A DNA stretch of 64,000 nucleotides, taken from contig JBHIAI010000002.1 of the NCBI GenBank assembly GCA_046861655.1, positions 32,001 to 96,000 of the forward strand, read 5' to 3'. Positions 8,665-17,788 of the stretch are shown here, in pieces (within the stretch, counting starts at the first letter, position 1; every line of letters starts with the position of its first letter). Source of the stretch: Fidelibacterota bacterium. GTDB lineage: Bacteria; Fidelibacterota; Marinisomatia; Marinisomatales; S15-B10. The notes beneath the pieces were generated by a model. It was given only the letters and a program-made list of their open reading frames with translations, did no database searches and had not been told where the DNA came from. The position numbers were made by a program, and so were the translations under genes.

Positions 8665-10259
8665 TGGGCAGTCTTCAGACTGTGTCAAGAAGGCTTTGGA
8701 CCCTTTGGATCGTGGGACTGACGGTTGCCATCCAGGCGGGGGGTGCTGTGGACAAGGTGGCGTTGACCATGAAGACGACCGGGGATGTTCGTCACCAACC
8801 TGTGGGTGTTCAGGAATTCGAAAGCCTCCGGAGAGGAACCGCCCTTTTTGACGGAGAGGTGGTGGCCACGGGAGAGGATGGTCTGGCCATCGCCCTATTC
8901 CTGGATGATAAGTCTCAGCTGAAGATTAAGAAGAATTCCGAGGTGCAGATTTCTGGCACTCGTGACGAACGGACCATTTCCAAGCGGATCAATATGGCGT
9001 TTGGCACCATGAAGGCCACCGTTGAAGAGCAGACCAGGGACTTTGTCATTACCACACCCACATCCGTGGCCTCCATCAAGGGAACGGAATTCTGGCTTAT
9101 CTCTGATCCCACCCTTGGGGATGTCCTTGTGGGAATCCTGGGTACTGTGGAGTTGACGAACGTGGTTTCCGGGGTGGTCCACACCGTGGAACCGGGAACG
9201 GTGGTAGAATCCACTCAGGAAGGACAGATCAATATTCTGGTGACGGTGAAGATCCAGGGTGAGGCTTCCTCTGAGGTCTCGGGAGCCCAGTTTTCGATGA
9301 CTGGCATAACCGTTCTCCAGGGGGAGGCATCGGCTCAGGATTTTTCGGGAACGGTGGAGGTGACCGGGAACACCATTTTTGAAGGTGCCGATGTGTCAGT
9401 CGGGTCCGTGGTGACACTTACGGGGACCCTGGATGAACAGACCGGGAATGTAGCGGCTACAGTGGTAGAGATATCTGCCCCCGTCACCGTTACCGGTACG
9501 GTCTCCAGTACTGTATCCGGGAACCGGTTTTCCATTTCGCAAGTGACCGTGGTTTCGGGAGAGACGGAAACGCCTCCCACGACCGTGGAGGTAACGGAAA
9601 TCACAGTTATTGAAGGGGGAGACATCGTCCTCGGAGCTGAGGTGACTGTCACCGGAAACTACAATGAGGAAACCGAGGTGTTAGAAGCCTCCCGTATTGA
9701 CGTGGTGATCCCGAAGCTGAAGATTTCCGGTGTTATATCGTCCCTTCCTTCAGACCGGGAGATAGAGGTTTCAGGAATTCGGGTGGTCGCGGGTCAGGTG
9801 GATGTATCCCTTTTTTCCGGCAAGATCATCGTCACGGAATCGACGGTCCTTGAGGGAGGAGATCTGGCGGTGGGTGCCACCCTTGAGGTAACGGGGACTC
9901 TGGATCAGACCACAGGGGATTTGGTGGCCGAAAGGATCAAGGTATTTCAGGTCGTCCTTACGGGTCAGGTGAATTCGGCCGTTGTAAACAATGAATTTGA
10001 ACTCACCGATATCACCATTCTGGAGGGTAATGTTGACGTGAGCACCCTGTCCGGTATGGTCAGGTTGACGCCAGATACTGAAGTGGAAGGGGAAGAAATT
10101 CCGGTTGGGGTCCGGGTGACGGTGACCGGAAATGTGGAACCCTCCACGGGTACGTTTGTGGCTTCCAGGATCGTGGTGATCGTCACAGAAAGAGAGCTTA
10201 TCGTGGACATGGAAGATAATCAGGGCCGGAAACGGGAGCTCGTCATCAGATTTCAATAG
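8664..10259 (+). CDS. FecR-domain protein with four DUF5666-like tandem repeats
   Basis: FecR-like segment (VATGEDG...ITTPTSVASIKGTEF), then four ~78-aa repeats ending G..V.VTG......AxRI.V. Confidence 0.75.
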   Translation: MGSLQTVSRRLWTLWIVGLTVAIQAGGAVDKVALTMKTTGDVRHQPVGVQEFESLRRGTALFDGEVVATGEDGLAIALFLDDKSQLKIKKNSEVQISGTRDERTISKRINMAFGTMKATVEEQTRDFVITTPTSVASIKGTEFWLISDPTLGDVLVGILGTVELTNVVSGVVHTVEPGTVVESTQEGQINILVTVKIQGEASSEVSGAQFSMTGITVLQGEASAQDFSGTVEVTGNTIFEGADVSVGSVVTLTGTLDEQTGNVAATVVEISAPVTVTGTVSSTVSGNRFSISQVTVVSGETETPPTTVEVTEITVIEGGDIVLGAEVTVTGNYNEETEVLEASRIDVVIPKLKISGVISSLPSDREIEVSGIRVVAGQVDVSLFSGKIIVTESTVLEGGDLAVGATLEVTGTLDQTTGDLVAERIKVFQVVLTGQVNSAVVNNEFELTDITILEGNVDVSTLSGMVRLTPDTEVEGEEIPVGVRVTVTGNVEPSTGTFVASRIVVIVTERELIVDMEDNQGRKRELVIRFQ

Positions 10260-13051
10260 TGGAGATTTCCGTGGGATCATTTTTCGCCAATGGGGTTGCC
10301 AGAAGGGCAGGATGGATCGCGGCGTTCGTGATTTTCAGGACTCTTGGGGCCTTTCAGGCCGGGGCTATCACTCACTATCCTGTCCCTCAGCATACAGCCG
10401 ATAGACCCCTGGAGATTAAGGCTACAGTTTCCATGGCGACAGAGGTGGACAGGATGGATCTCTTCTACCGCCGGGCGGACGAAGATGGATTCATTGAGAT
10501 AGAAATGGATGTCGTCCCCGACGGATGGCAGGGTCAAATCCCCCTCGGTTATCTGACGGAGGAGGGGATCGAGTACTATATATCGGCCTCCCTGGAGGAT
10601 GGTACTGTAGTGACGTTCCCTGCGCAGGATCCCGTGGGGAGTCCCCAAACAGTGAAGATTGTCATGCCTGAAGCGTCTCAGCCGGAAATGGCGCGAAGAG
10701 AAACCATCGGTGAGGAAGCCATCCTCATTTTCAGTCCCGAGCCGGGATCCAGGGTGCCCACGGATGCCGTGCTCGTTTCGGTATCCCTTTTCCATGTGGA
10801 TTCGGTGGATGTTTCATCCGTACGGCTGGCAGTGGACGGTCAGGACGTGACGTCCCGGGCATCGGTTGGGACTGACCTGGTTGTCTACGAACCCGTGTTG
10901 ATGCCGCCGGGTTCTCACCGGGTACGTTTGACTGTGAAGACACTGGACGGTCGGGCCGTGGAGCCGAAATCGTGGTCATTCGACGTAACGGGCAAACTGG
11001 AGAAGGAAGTGGAGAGGGCTCTGACCTACGGGGGAAGGATCAACAGTGGGTATTCCCTGGATGCCATCGAGGGCCAGAGCCTGTCGATTGGGTTGACATC
11101 GGCTTCGGTGACCGGGAAGTGGCGGGGTTTAGACTTTAAGACCGATCTGAAGTTTACCACGGAGGAGGACCCCTTCAAGCAGCCCAGAAACCGGTACCAG
11201 TTCAAGGTGGATGCAGGACGGTATTTCAGTCTGAATCTGGGGGATTTCAACAGCAGGCTGTCGAGATTCACCCTGGATGGGAAGCGGGTCCGGGGTCTGG
11301 AGGCAAACCTGAAACTGGGTTGGGTGAATTTTCACCTGGTGAGAGGTGAGCTGGACCGTGTCATTCAGGGACGCCTGGGGGTGAATCAATCCCTGTTTCT
11401 TGAGAGTGTTGAGGCGACACAGAATGAACAGGATTCCACGAAGACCGACATCATCTACCGGTTGAATCGAAAGGGCTTCACCTTTCGCAAGAACATCTCC
11501 GCCGCCCGGTTGAGCTTTGGAAAAGGGAGCCGGTTTCAACTGGGGTTTAACTGGCTTAAGGCCAAGGACGACATCGGTTCCGTTCAGCAGGCTCTCGATA
11601 AGGCTCTTATCGATGTGGACCGGGATTCTTCTGGTTCAATTCCCCTGGAGATCGCCGTAGGGCAGTACGAATACGGGGAATTGAGAAGTGAGATCGACAA
11701 GAGAGGAAACTACCGGCTGGTCCTGCCCGAAACAGATTGGGAGGGGGACGCTCCTCAGGATAATATCGTTCTGGGATCAGACATTCGCTTTTTCCTGGAT
11801 CGAAAAAGGATAGGGTTTGAGGCCGGTTGGGCCTTCAGCATACTGAATAAGGACATCTGGGACGGTCCCTTCAGTCTCGCCGGCCTGGATACGCTCATGG
11901 ACGATGAGCTGGATGGCAGAGCGGGCGATATTGACATCTCGGGTTTTCCTGATCCTTCCGAATATGAGGACATTTTTGTTATCAATGAAAACATTGTGCC
12001 CCTTGTGCCCATAGACCCTGACTCCGCCCTGCTGGCGGATGATCCCCTGAAGGCGATCCTTAATATGCCTTCCCTCGCCTATTACCTTAAGGCTTCCGCC
12101 CGCTACCTTGGCAACCAGTTCAATTTCCAGTACATCAAGGTGGGGCCTGAATTCAATTCCCTGGGGAATCCCTACATTCAGGAGAATAACAGGGAATACT
12201 CCGTATCCGACCGGGTGGGGCTGTTTCGGAACAGATTCCTGGTACACGTAATCTACAAGCATCAAGACGATGACATTCTGAGAACGGTGGAGAATGTGAC
12301 CACCACCGAGACTTTCAGGACCAACCTGGGGCTCTACCCCGGGGGCGGCCTGCCCACCGTCACATTCAGTTTCCGCAATCAGGACAGGGATAACGGAAAA
12401 ACCACGCTTGATACGGTGACTGTGGACACGGCAAACGGCAGAATCGACCTGGAGGACCTGCGGGACTTCACCCGGACTACCCACACCACCGTGGGCGTGA
12501 ACCATCGCCTGGGGGCGTTGGGGATGGAGCACAATGTCTCGGTAAACTATGTTCAGCTTAAGCGTGCCGACCAGTATTACGAGGATGAGGACCGTCCCCT
12601 CCCACCCTTTTTCGAAGTGGTCGGCGGAGACAGTGTATTTGTCGATTCATCCTTCGTCTCTCCCAGTCTGAGTTCCCAGGTGACCAACGTAGCCCTGGTC
12701 ACCGACTACCCCTTTGGCCTGAGAACCACCCTTACCGTGTCCATCAACAAAAGCACCTTCGGGGAAGAAGGTAGTGAGTTATACGATTACGGAGACCAGG
12801 ACATCACGGGATTTACTCTTAAAGGGGACTATCGTATGTTGGACGGCCGCCTGGGACTTCGGGGTGGCGTGGAGATTACGAGTGGCTCGGGTATGGAGGA
12901 GTTTCGCCGTCTGGGGTTCGGAGCCGGATTCGGTTACAGAATCACCGATCTTCTCCGGTTCCGCTTTGACGGGAAACTCCGCTCCAAGAGCACCAACGGG
13001 GAGACAAAATCCAGCACCCTTCTTCGGGCCTCTTTGAATTATTCCTTCTAA
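10259..13051 (+). CDS. Large outer-membrane protein: N-terminal Ig-like domains plus probable beta-barrel
   Basis: 930 aa with signal peptide; IEYYISA Ig-like motif; alternating beta-strands; C-terminus ASLNYSF. Start codon uncertain. Confidence 0.65.
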   Translation: MEISVGSFFANGVARRAGWIAAFVIFRTLGAFQAGAITHYPVPQHTADRPLEIKATVSMATEVDRMDLFYRRADEDGFIEIEMDVVPDGWQGQIPLGYLTEEGIEYYISASLEDGTVVTFPAQDPVGSPQTVKIVMPEASQPEMARRETIGEEAILIFSPEPGSRVPTDAVLVSVSLFHVDSVDVSSVRLAVDGQDVTSRASVGTDLVVYEPVLMPPGSHRVRLTVKTLDGRAVEPKSWSFDVTGKLEKEVERALTYGGRINSGYSLDAIEGQSLSIGLTSASVTGKWRGLDFKTDLKFTTEEDPFKQPRNRYQFKVDAGRYFSLNLGDFNSRLSRFTLDGKRVRGLEANLKLGWVNFHLVRGELDRVIQGRLGVNQSLFLESVEATQNEQDSTKTDIIYRLNRKGFTFRKNISAARLSFGKGSRFQLGFNWLKAKDDIGSVQQALDKALIDVDRDSSGSIPLEIAVGQYEYGELRSEIDKRGNYRLVLPETDWEGDAPQDNIVLGSDIRFFLDRKRIGFEAGWAFSILNKDIWDGPFSLAGLDTLMDDELDGRAGDIDISGFPDPSEYEDIFVINENIVPLVPIDPDSALLADDPLKAILNMPSLAYYLKASARYLGNQFNFQYIKVGPEFNSLGNPYIQENNREYSVSDRVGLFRNRFLVHVIYKHQDDDILRTVENVTTTETFRTNLGLYPGGGLPTVTFSFRNQDRDNGKTTLDTVTVDTANGRIDLEDLRDFTRTTHTTVGVNHRLGALGMEHNVSVNYVQLKRADQYYEDEDRPLPPFFEVVGGDSVFVDSSFVSPSLSSQVTNVALVTDYPFGLRTTLTVSINKSTFGEEGSELYDYGDQDITGFTLKGDYRMLDGRLGLRGGVEITSGSGMEEFRRLGFGAGFGYRITDLLRFRFDGKLRSKSTNGETKSSTLLRASLNYSF

Positions 13052-13213
13052 ACGTTAGACGTTCAACGTTAGGCGTCTTCCGCAGTACGGTCTACGCATT
13101 ACGCCTGACGGCTCATTTCAAAATGATAATTGAAAATGGTAAATGCAGGAGTGAAGAAACCTGTGATATTGAATGATTCTACATTTTGTACTTTCCATTT
13201 TGCATTCTTCATT
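13051..13213. repeat. Degenerate 7-nt tandem repeats in inverted arrangement between convergent genes
   Basis: AACGTTA-GACGTTC-AACGTTA; TACGGTC-TACGCAT-TACGCCT; an AATG-heptad arm at 13120-13147 faces a CATT-heptad arm at 13180-13213. Confidence 0.6.
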
Positions 13214-13277
13214 GTTACGGTTCAGGTCCATCACGTCCTCAAATAATCCATAGTCAATTCTCTGTTTCTAAGCCGGC

Positions 13278-14210
13278 CTATCCCTCGAAAAGGAACAGGT
13301 CCGTATTGTCGCGGAAGGTGGAGTACAAAGCCTCCATGGAATCGATGACGAAGTAGCGATCCTGGATATCGCTGTAGTCAAACCGGGTAAGGACCACCTC
13401 CCCCACATCGAAGGGAAGGAACCTGGACCGGTTGGATTCGCCCGTGGCACAGGCGACCACGTTCATGACCTCATCATACGACGAGATGATCCCTGACCCA
13501 TAAATCTCATAATCAATGTTATTGGGGCTTTTCCGGATCTCATCGGTATGGTTCTGTTTTTTCATGACGCCGAATTCGTAGCTCCACCAGGCGAAATTTT
13601 GGAGGCGCTTCAGGTTGTGGGCAATCAGCTCGGGACCCATGCCCCGTTCATCGGTAATGAGTGCATAGCCCAGCTGGCCGATTTCCGCCAGAAAATCACC
13701 GTACTCCCTGTTGGTGAGAAAAGGAGAATGGCCCCGGATATCGTGAAAAATATCGGGTTCAGGCGTGTATTCGTCTGTGTTGCGAATGTCCTGTCCTGAG
13801 TATTTCTGCCGGAATCGCCCGGATTGACGAATGATGTCCGTAACGGGAAACTTCCGCTGACTGTTCAAGAGGAAGAAGAGATACTCATTGAGGAATCCGG
13901 CCACCGGTGTGAGCATCCAGCCGCTGGCCTGTTCCAGCACAGGAGTCAGGGTCTCGAAATTTGGCCATTCGTTCCTGGAGAGCCCCAGGGCTCTCAACCC
14001 CTGGAGGTATTCCTTCGATGCGTATTGATCAAGGGGATCCTCGAGACGATTGAACAGCCGTCGCCAGATCTCCCGTTCTTCATCACTGATAGCGCCGTAG
14101 TTCTGTTTTATGAGGTAGGGATCATTCTCCGTGAAAATCTTGATCCCTCCCACTGCGTGGGGTTTTACGTTCCTAAAAAGATGGTCGTATTTGGTGTGCA
14201 CCTCCAGCAT
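13278..14210 (-). CDS. phhA: Phenylalanine 4-hydroxylase (biopterin-dependent aromatic amino acid hydroxylase)
   Basis: YTPEPDIFHDIRGH (two iron-binding His), WWSYEFG (Glu ligand), IYGSGIISS and DIQDRYFV. Confidence 0.85.
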   Translation of the reverse strand: MLEVHTKYDHLFRNVKPHAVGGIKIFTENDPYLIKQNYGAISDEEREIWRRLFNRLEDPLDQYASKEYLQGLRALGLSRNEWPNFETLTPVLEQASGWMLTPVAGFLNEYLFFLLNSQRKFPVTDIIRQSGRFRQKYSGQDIRNTDEYTPEPDIFHDIRGHSPFLTNREYGDFLAEIGQLGYALITDERGMGPELIAHNLKRLQNFAWWSYEFGVMKKQNHTDEIRKSPNNIDYEIYGSGIISSYDEVMNVVACATGESNRSRFLPFDVGEVVLTRFDYSDIQDRYFVIDSMEALYSTFRDNTDLFLFEG

Positions 14211-14306
14211 GCACGGGAATTTACAACACAAATGATTTTTGTAAACCCCTTTATGGGGACCTTCCAGACGTCAGCTCCTGCCTCCGGCAGTGCAAAACCT
14301 TTTTTC

Positions 14307-14335
14307 TTGACATTTATTGGAAACGGGTTTACAAT
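14307..14335 (+). promoter_or_regulatory. Near-consensus sigma70 promoter of the motor operon
   Basis: TTGACA (14307-14312), 17-nt spacer, TACAAT (14330-14335), 54 nt upstream of GTG 14390. Confidence 0.75.
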
Positions 14336-14389
14336 TGTGGGAGCTCGATTGGTTTCCTAATCGTTTCGGGTTAAATCCGAGGTAATGGC

Positions 14390-15511
14390 GTGAATAAGTT
14401 TACTCAGTCTATCTGTACCTTTCTCGTAGTCTGCTCATTTGTCGCAACCGGGTATGCCGCTGACACGTACCGGATACAGGGGGTGATCCTCGACAGTGGT
14501 GGCGACAAGGTGGGCGGTGCACAGGTGGTTCTTTTAGACGCGGACGGTAACGAGGCAGACCAGACCTCCTCTTCAAAAGGCTTCCTGGGAAAAGGGAAGT
14601 TCGAGTTCGACGATCTCAATCCGGGCCGGTACACGGTGAAGGCGACGGCAGGGGAGGCAGGTTCGGCCTCCCTCGAAGTGGTGGTGGCCGAGGAAGACCG
14701 GGAAATTGAATTGACCCTGGCCCCTGTGGGGAAAGGTGAAGAAAACGGCGGTCAGGAAGAAGGTGAAAGAATTCCCTCGGGGCGGGATGAATATGTCCTG
14801 AGCGAAATCAGTTTCGAACTGAAAAAACTAGGGGCTGAACTGGATCATCTTGGGAGCCAGATCAGGGATCTGCAAGCGAAGAGTGAGATGTGGACCAACC
14901 CCCTGTCCATCTACTCCAAGGAGATCATCCTGGAAAACGGCAGCACCGTTTTCGGGAAGGTCGTGTATCAAGATGAAGATATTCTGAAAGTACAGACCCT
15001 GGTGGGAAATCTGGTTATCGACCGATCCCAGGTGGTTCGCATAGTGGAGAATGTTCAGGCGGAGGAAGAACCTGAATACGTTCCCGAGCAGATCCGGGAG
15101 ACCTACAGTCCACCCCCCATGCCCAGGCTCGCCGAACCGAAGTACGTCGCCGTGACTCCTTCGGAGCGAATTCCCTCGGAGGTACGGGCGGCCAACGTGG
15201 TGCTGGTGGGTAACATTGCGGAGAATAAGGACAGGTCCGGAAACATCACCTTTCAGGGACAGCTCAAGAACCTTGGCGGCCGGCGGGCCGACTTTGTGAA
15301 GGTCAACTTTGTTTTCCGCAAGAACTGGAGCGGGGAGACCAAGACTCTCACCACCTTTGCCAAGGGATCTTACCACACCTTTGATTCGGGCATTACCACC
15401 GACTCATCGTTGCTCCCCGGCGCCAGTGCCGCCTTCGAACTGGTGGTTCCTGCTGATTTTGGATCCTTCATCGGGTATTCCCCCACCATCGATTGGGAAG
15501 AGTACGAGTGA
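14390..15511 (+). CDS. Secreted multidomain protein: carboxypeptidase-regulatory-like domain, coiled coil, small beta domain, FxLYD-like domain
   Basis: Signal peptide; IQGVILD...GAQVVL...FEFDDLNPGRYTVKA; heptad helix; C-terminal GQLKNLGGRRADFVKV...LLPGASAAFEL. Confidence 0.65.
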   Translation: MNKFTQSICTFLVVCSFVATGYAADTYRIQGVILDSGGDKVGGAQVVLLDADGNEADQTSSSKGFLGKGKFEFDDLNPGRYTVKATAGEAGSASLEVVVAEEDREIELTLAPVGKGEENGGQEEGERIPSGRDEYVLSEISFELKKLGAELDHLGSQIRDLQAKSEMWTNPLSIYSKEIILENGSTVFGKVVYQDEDILKVQTLVGNLVIDRSQVVRIVENVQAEEEPEYVPEQIRETYSPPPMPRLAEPKYVAVTPSERIPSEVRAANVVLVGNIAENKDRSGNITFQGQLKNLGGRRADFVKVNFVFRKNWSGETKTLTTFAKGSYHTFDSGITTDSSLLPGASAAFELVVPADFGSFIGYSPTIDWEEYE

Positions 15512-16407
15512 ACCGTCCGGTAGCGATTCCGTTGCTCTCAGGGGCTCTTCTTATTCTATGTACCTTGACCGGGGTACTAACGGGTCAGTCCTCGTCCGGA
15601 TCTCCCGGGCCCTTGGGGGATGACATCTTCTTCCTGGACCTGGGCATCGTGATTGAACCGGGCACCGGCAAGGAAGAGGTTAACCGTCTGGTGAAGGCAC
15701 CTCCGGAGAAGGTGAAATTCTTCCTGGACAAGGAACCCAGTGGTTCCGTCTACATGGCGTCAACCCGGGAGTTGCATGAGACGCTCGCCCGGATCAGCGA
15801 CAGGATTGATGCCCTGGAGGAGTCCTTTCACCGGGAGATTACTGCTGTCCGGGTGGAGAATGGCGAGTTGCGGGAAATGGTGGCCGACCTCCTGGCCAGG
15901 GAACCCATTCTTCCCTCCCAACCTGCGGTGACCCCGGTTCCATCTTTGTCCACCCCACCCGTTTCCCGGGAGGAACAACCCGAACCGGAGGTGGAAGAAA
16001 AAGTCGTCGTTACCGCCCCTGCGGCGGACGGCTCTTTCAGCAAGATGAGATACATGAATGCCGTTTTCGCTTACCAGAGGGAGGACTACCGGGTCGCCCT
16101 GGATCATTTTTCCCGGTTGTACCTGAAGGAGCAGGATCACACCACCAGAGGAAACGTGTTGTACTGGATTGCCGATTGCTACTATCAACTGGGAGATTAC
16201 CGGAGAGCTCTCGACACCCTGGAGGAGATCAGATCCCTGGGCCGGTCGGACAAGCAGGATGACGCCCTGGTGTTGACCGGGCTGGCCTATCGCCAGATGG
16301 GTCGGGAAAACGAGGCCCTTGAGGCCTTTGATCATATCCTTCAGTACTATCCCGACAGCGAATACTTCAGGCTGGCCCGGATGGAGTTGCGGAAATCTCA
16401 GGAGTAG
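15508..16407 (+). CDS. Periplasmic coiled-coil plus TPR protein (CpoB/YbgF-like architecture)
   Basis: GTGA overlap with the upstream gene; N-terminal hydrophobic segment, coiled coil, Pro-rich linker, and TPRs (YWIADCYY, YPDSEY). Confidence 0.7.
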   Translation: MNRPVAIPLLSGALLILCTLTGVLTGQSSSGSPGPLGDDIFFLDLGIVIEPGTGKEEVNRLVKAPPEKVKFFLDKEPSGSVYMASTRELHETLARISDRIDALEESFHREITAVRVENGELREMVADLLAREPILPSQPAVTPVPSLSTPPVSREEQPEPEVEEKVVVTAPAADGSFSKMRYMNAVFAYQREDYRVALDHFSRLYLKEQDHTTRGNVLYWIADCYYQLGDYRRALDTLEEIRSLGRSDKQDDALVLTGLAYRQMGRENEALEAFDHILQYYPDSEYFRLARMELRKSQE

Positions 16408-16412
16408 TCCGT

Positions 16413-17780
16413 ATGGGTAAAACCCACAGATCCGGCGTGTTATTCCTGTTGATCTTGATGTCTGCGCCCCTGTTGGGCGTGACCCGGGTGGCGTTTACCC
16501 GTCCCGGACCCATGGTGAGAATTCCCATGACCCGCACCGTGCGGTCTCCCTATCTTTTCAGTGCAGGTTTCGGATCGGAGATTCACAATTTTTCCCCTTT
16601 CAATGTAGCCAAGGGTGTTTATTTCACCATGGACATATCCGAGAGATTCACCCTGGGATTCTCTTCAGGTCAGGGGGCGGACACCACCGCTCTGGAGAAC
16701 ATTCTGGAGTCCACCTATGCCCCCCCTGTTGAGTTCGGATTTCATTTCCAGCAGCGCGTTTACACCCGGGGAGACGTTTCTTTTAGTCTGGGCGTTCACG
16801 ATGTGGTCTTTGAGAACGCAGATGACGGCTTAAGTCTCGACCCCAAGCAACTGTCTTTTTTCGGGATTATTGGTAGTGAGAAGTCCTTCGGTGATTATGA
16901 TCTGCACACGTTTATGGGGTTTGGCACGGGAGGATTTGCCCAGACCCTCGCCACGGGTCAACCCGGAACCGCCGGGGAAGACACCGCCGGAACCCGGACC
17001 GGCGTATTCGCCGGGTTCTTGTTGAACACACCGTTCCTGCCCAAATGGGGTGGACTCGATTTTGTGGGTGAATTCGACGGCTCAGGCATCAATGTGGGAC
17101 TCCGCATCCCCCTTACCTCGGATTATCGCCTGAGTCTAGGATTCACCCACATAGAAAATTTGCCCGCTTTTTCCGAAGAACCTTATGGTCCCGATCACCC
17201 GGGTCTTGCGGTGGGGCTCGACATGTCGGTTCCGAGGGGACCGGTGGTCAGGGAGGTACCGGGTCTGCCCCGGCCCGGCGAGAGGGGCCCCGCCCCCGTT
17301 CCTGAAGCCGCCGTTCGTGACACAATCCTCTTGGCGGCCGATCTGGCAATGGCCAGACTCCGGGATTCTTTGCGGGTGGAAAAACACTACGTACGGAACC
17401 TGGCGACTCAGGTGGCCCGATTGGAGCAGAAAAGCCTCACCCTTGAAGATTCGGTGCGGGCGTTGAGGCTTGATCGGGCGGTGAGTCAAAAGAACATCAA
17501 CCTGGCCATGCAGCACCTGTCCCTTTCCCAGCGTTACGCCTTTGCGGGAGATTACCGGGCGGCTCTTCAGGAGGTGGAGACTGCCCTGGATTTGAACCCT
17601 AATCTGGCACTGGCTTACGCCCGGCGAGGGGCCATATACTATAAGTTGGGAGATATTCAACGGGCGACCATCAACTGGAATCTGGCTCTCCAGATGGATC
17701 CGGAATACGATGACGTGAGAAACATCTTGAAGGCTCTTCACGAGAACCGTTTGAAGGCCATCAGTTTCAACAAGGAGTAA
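16413..17780 (+). CDS. Putative small OM beta-barrel (YjbH-like) fused to coiled coil and TPR
   Basis: Signal peptide; beta-strand region including VGEFDGSGINVGLR; then a coiled coil and TPRs (LNPNLALAYARRGAIYY). Confidence 0.6.
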   Translation: MGKTHRSGVLFLLILMSAPLLGVTRVAFTRPGPMVRIPMTRTVRSPYLFSAGFGSEIHNFSPFNVAKGVYFTMDISERFTLGFSSGQGADTTALENILESTYAPPVEFGFHFQQRVYTRGDVSFSLGVHDVVFENADDGLSLDPKQLSFFGIIGSEKSFGDYDLHTFMGFGTGGFAQTLATGQPGTAGEDTAGTRTGVFAGFLLNTPFLPKWGGLDFVGEFDGSGINVGLRIPLTSDYRLSLGFTHIENLPAFSEEPYGPDHPGLAVGLDMSVPRGPVVREVPGLPRPGERGPAPVPEAAVRDTILLAADLAMARLRDSLRVEKHYVRNLATQVARLEQKSLTLEDSVRALRLDRAVSQKNINLAMQHLSLSQRYAFAGDYRAALQEVETALDLNPNLALAYARRGAIYYKLGDIQRATINWNLALQMDPEYDDVRNILKALHENRLKAISFNKE

Positions 17781-17788
17781 CGTTCCGT

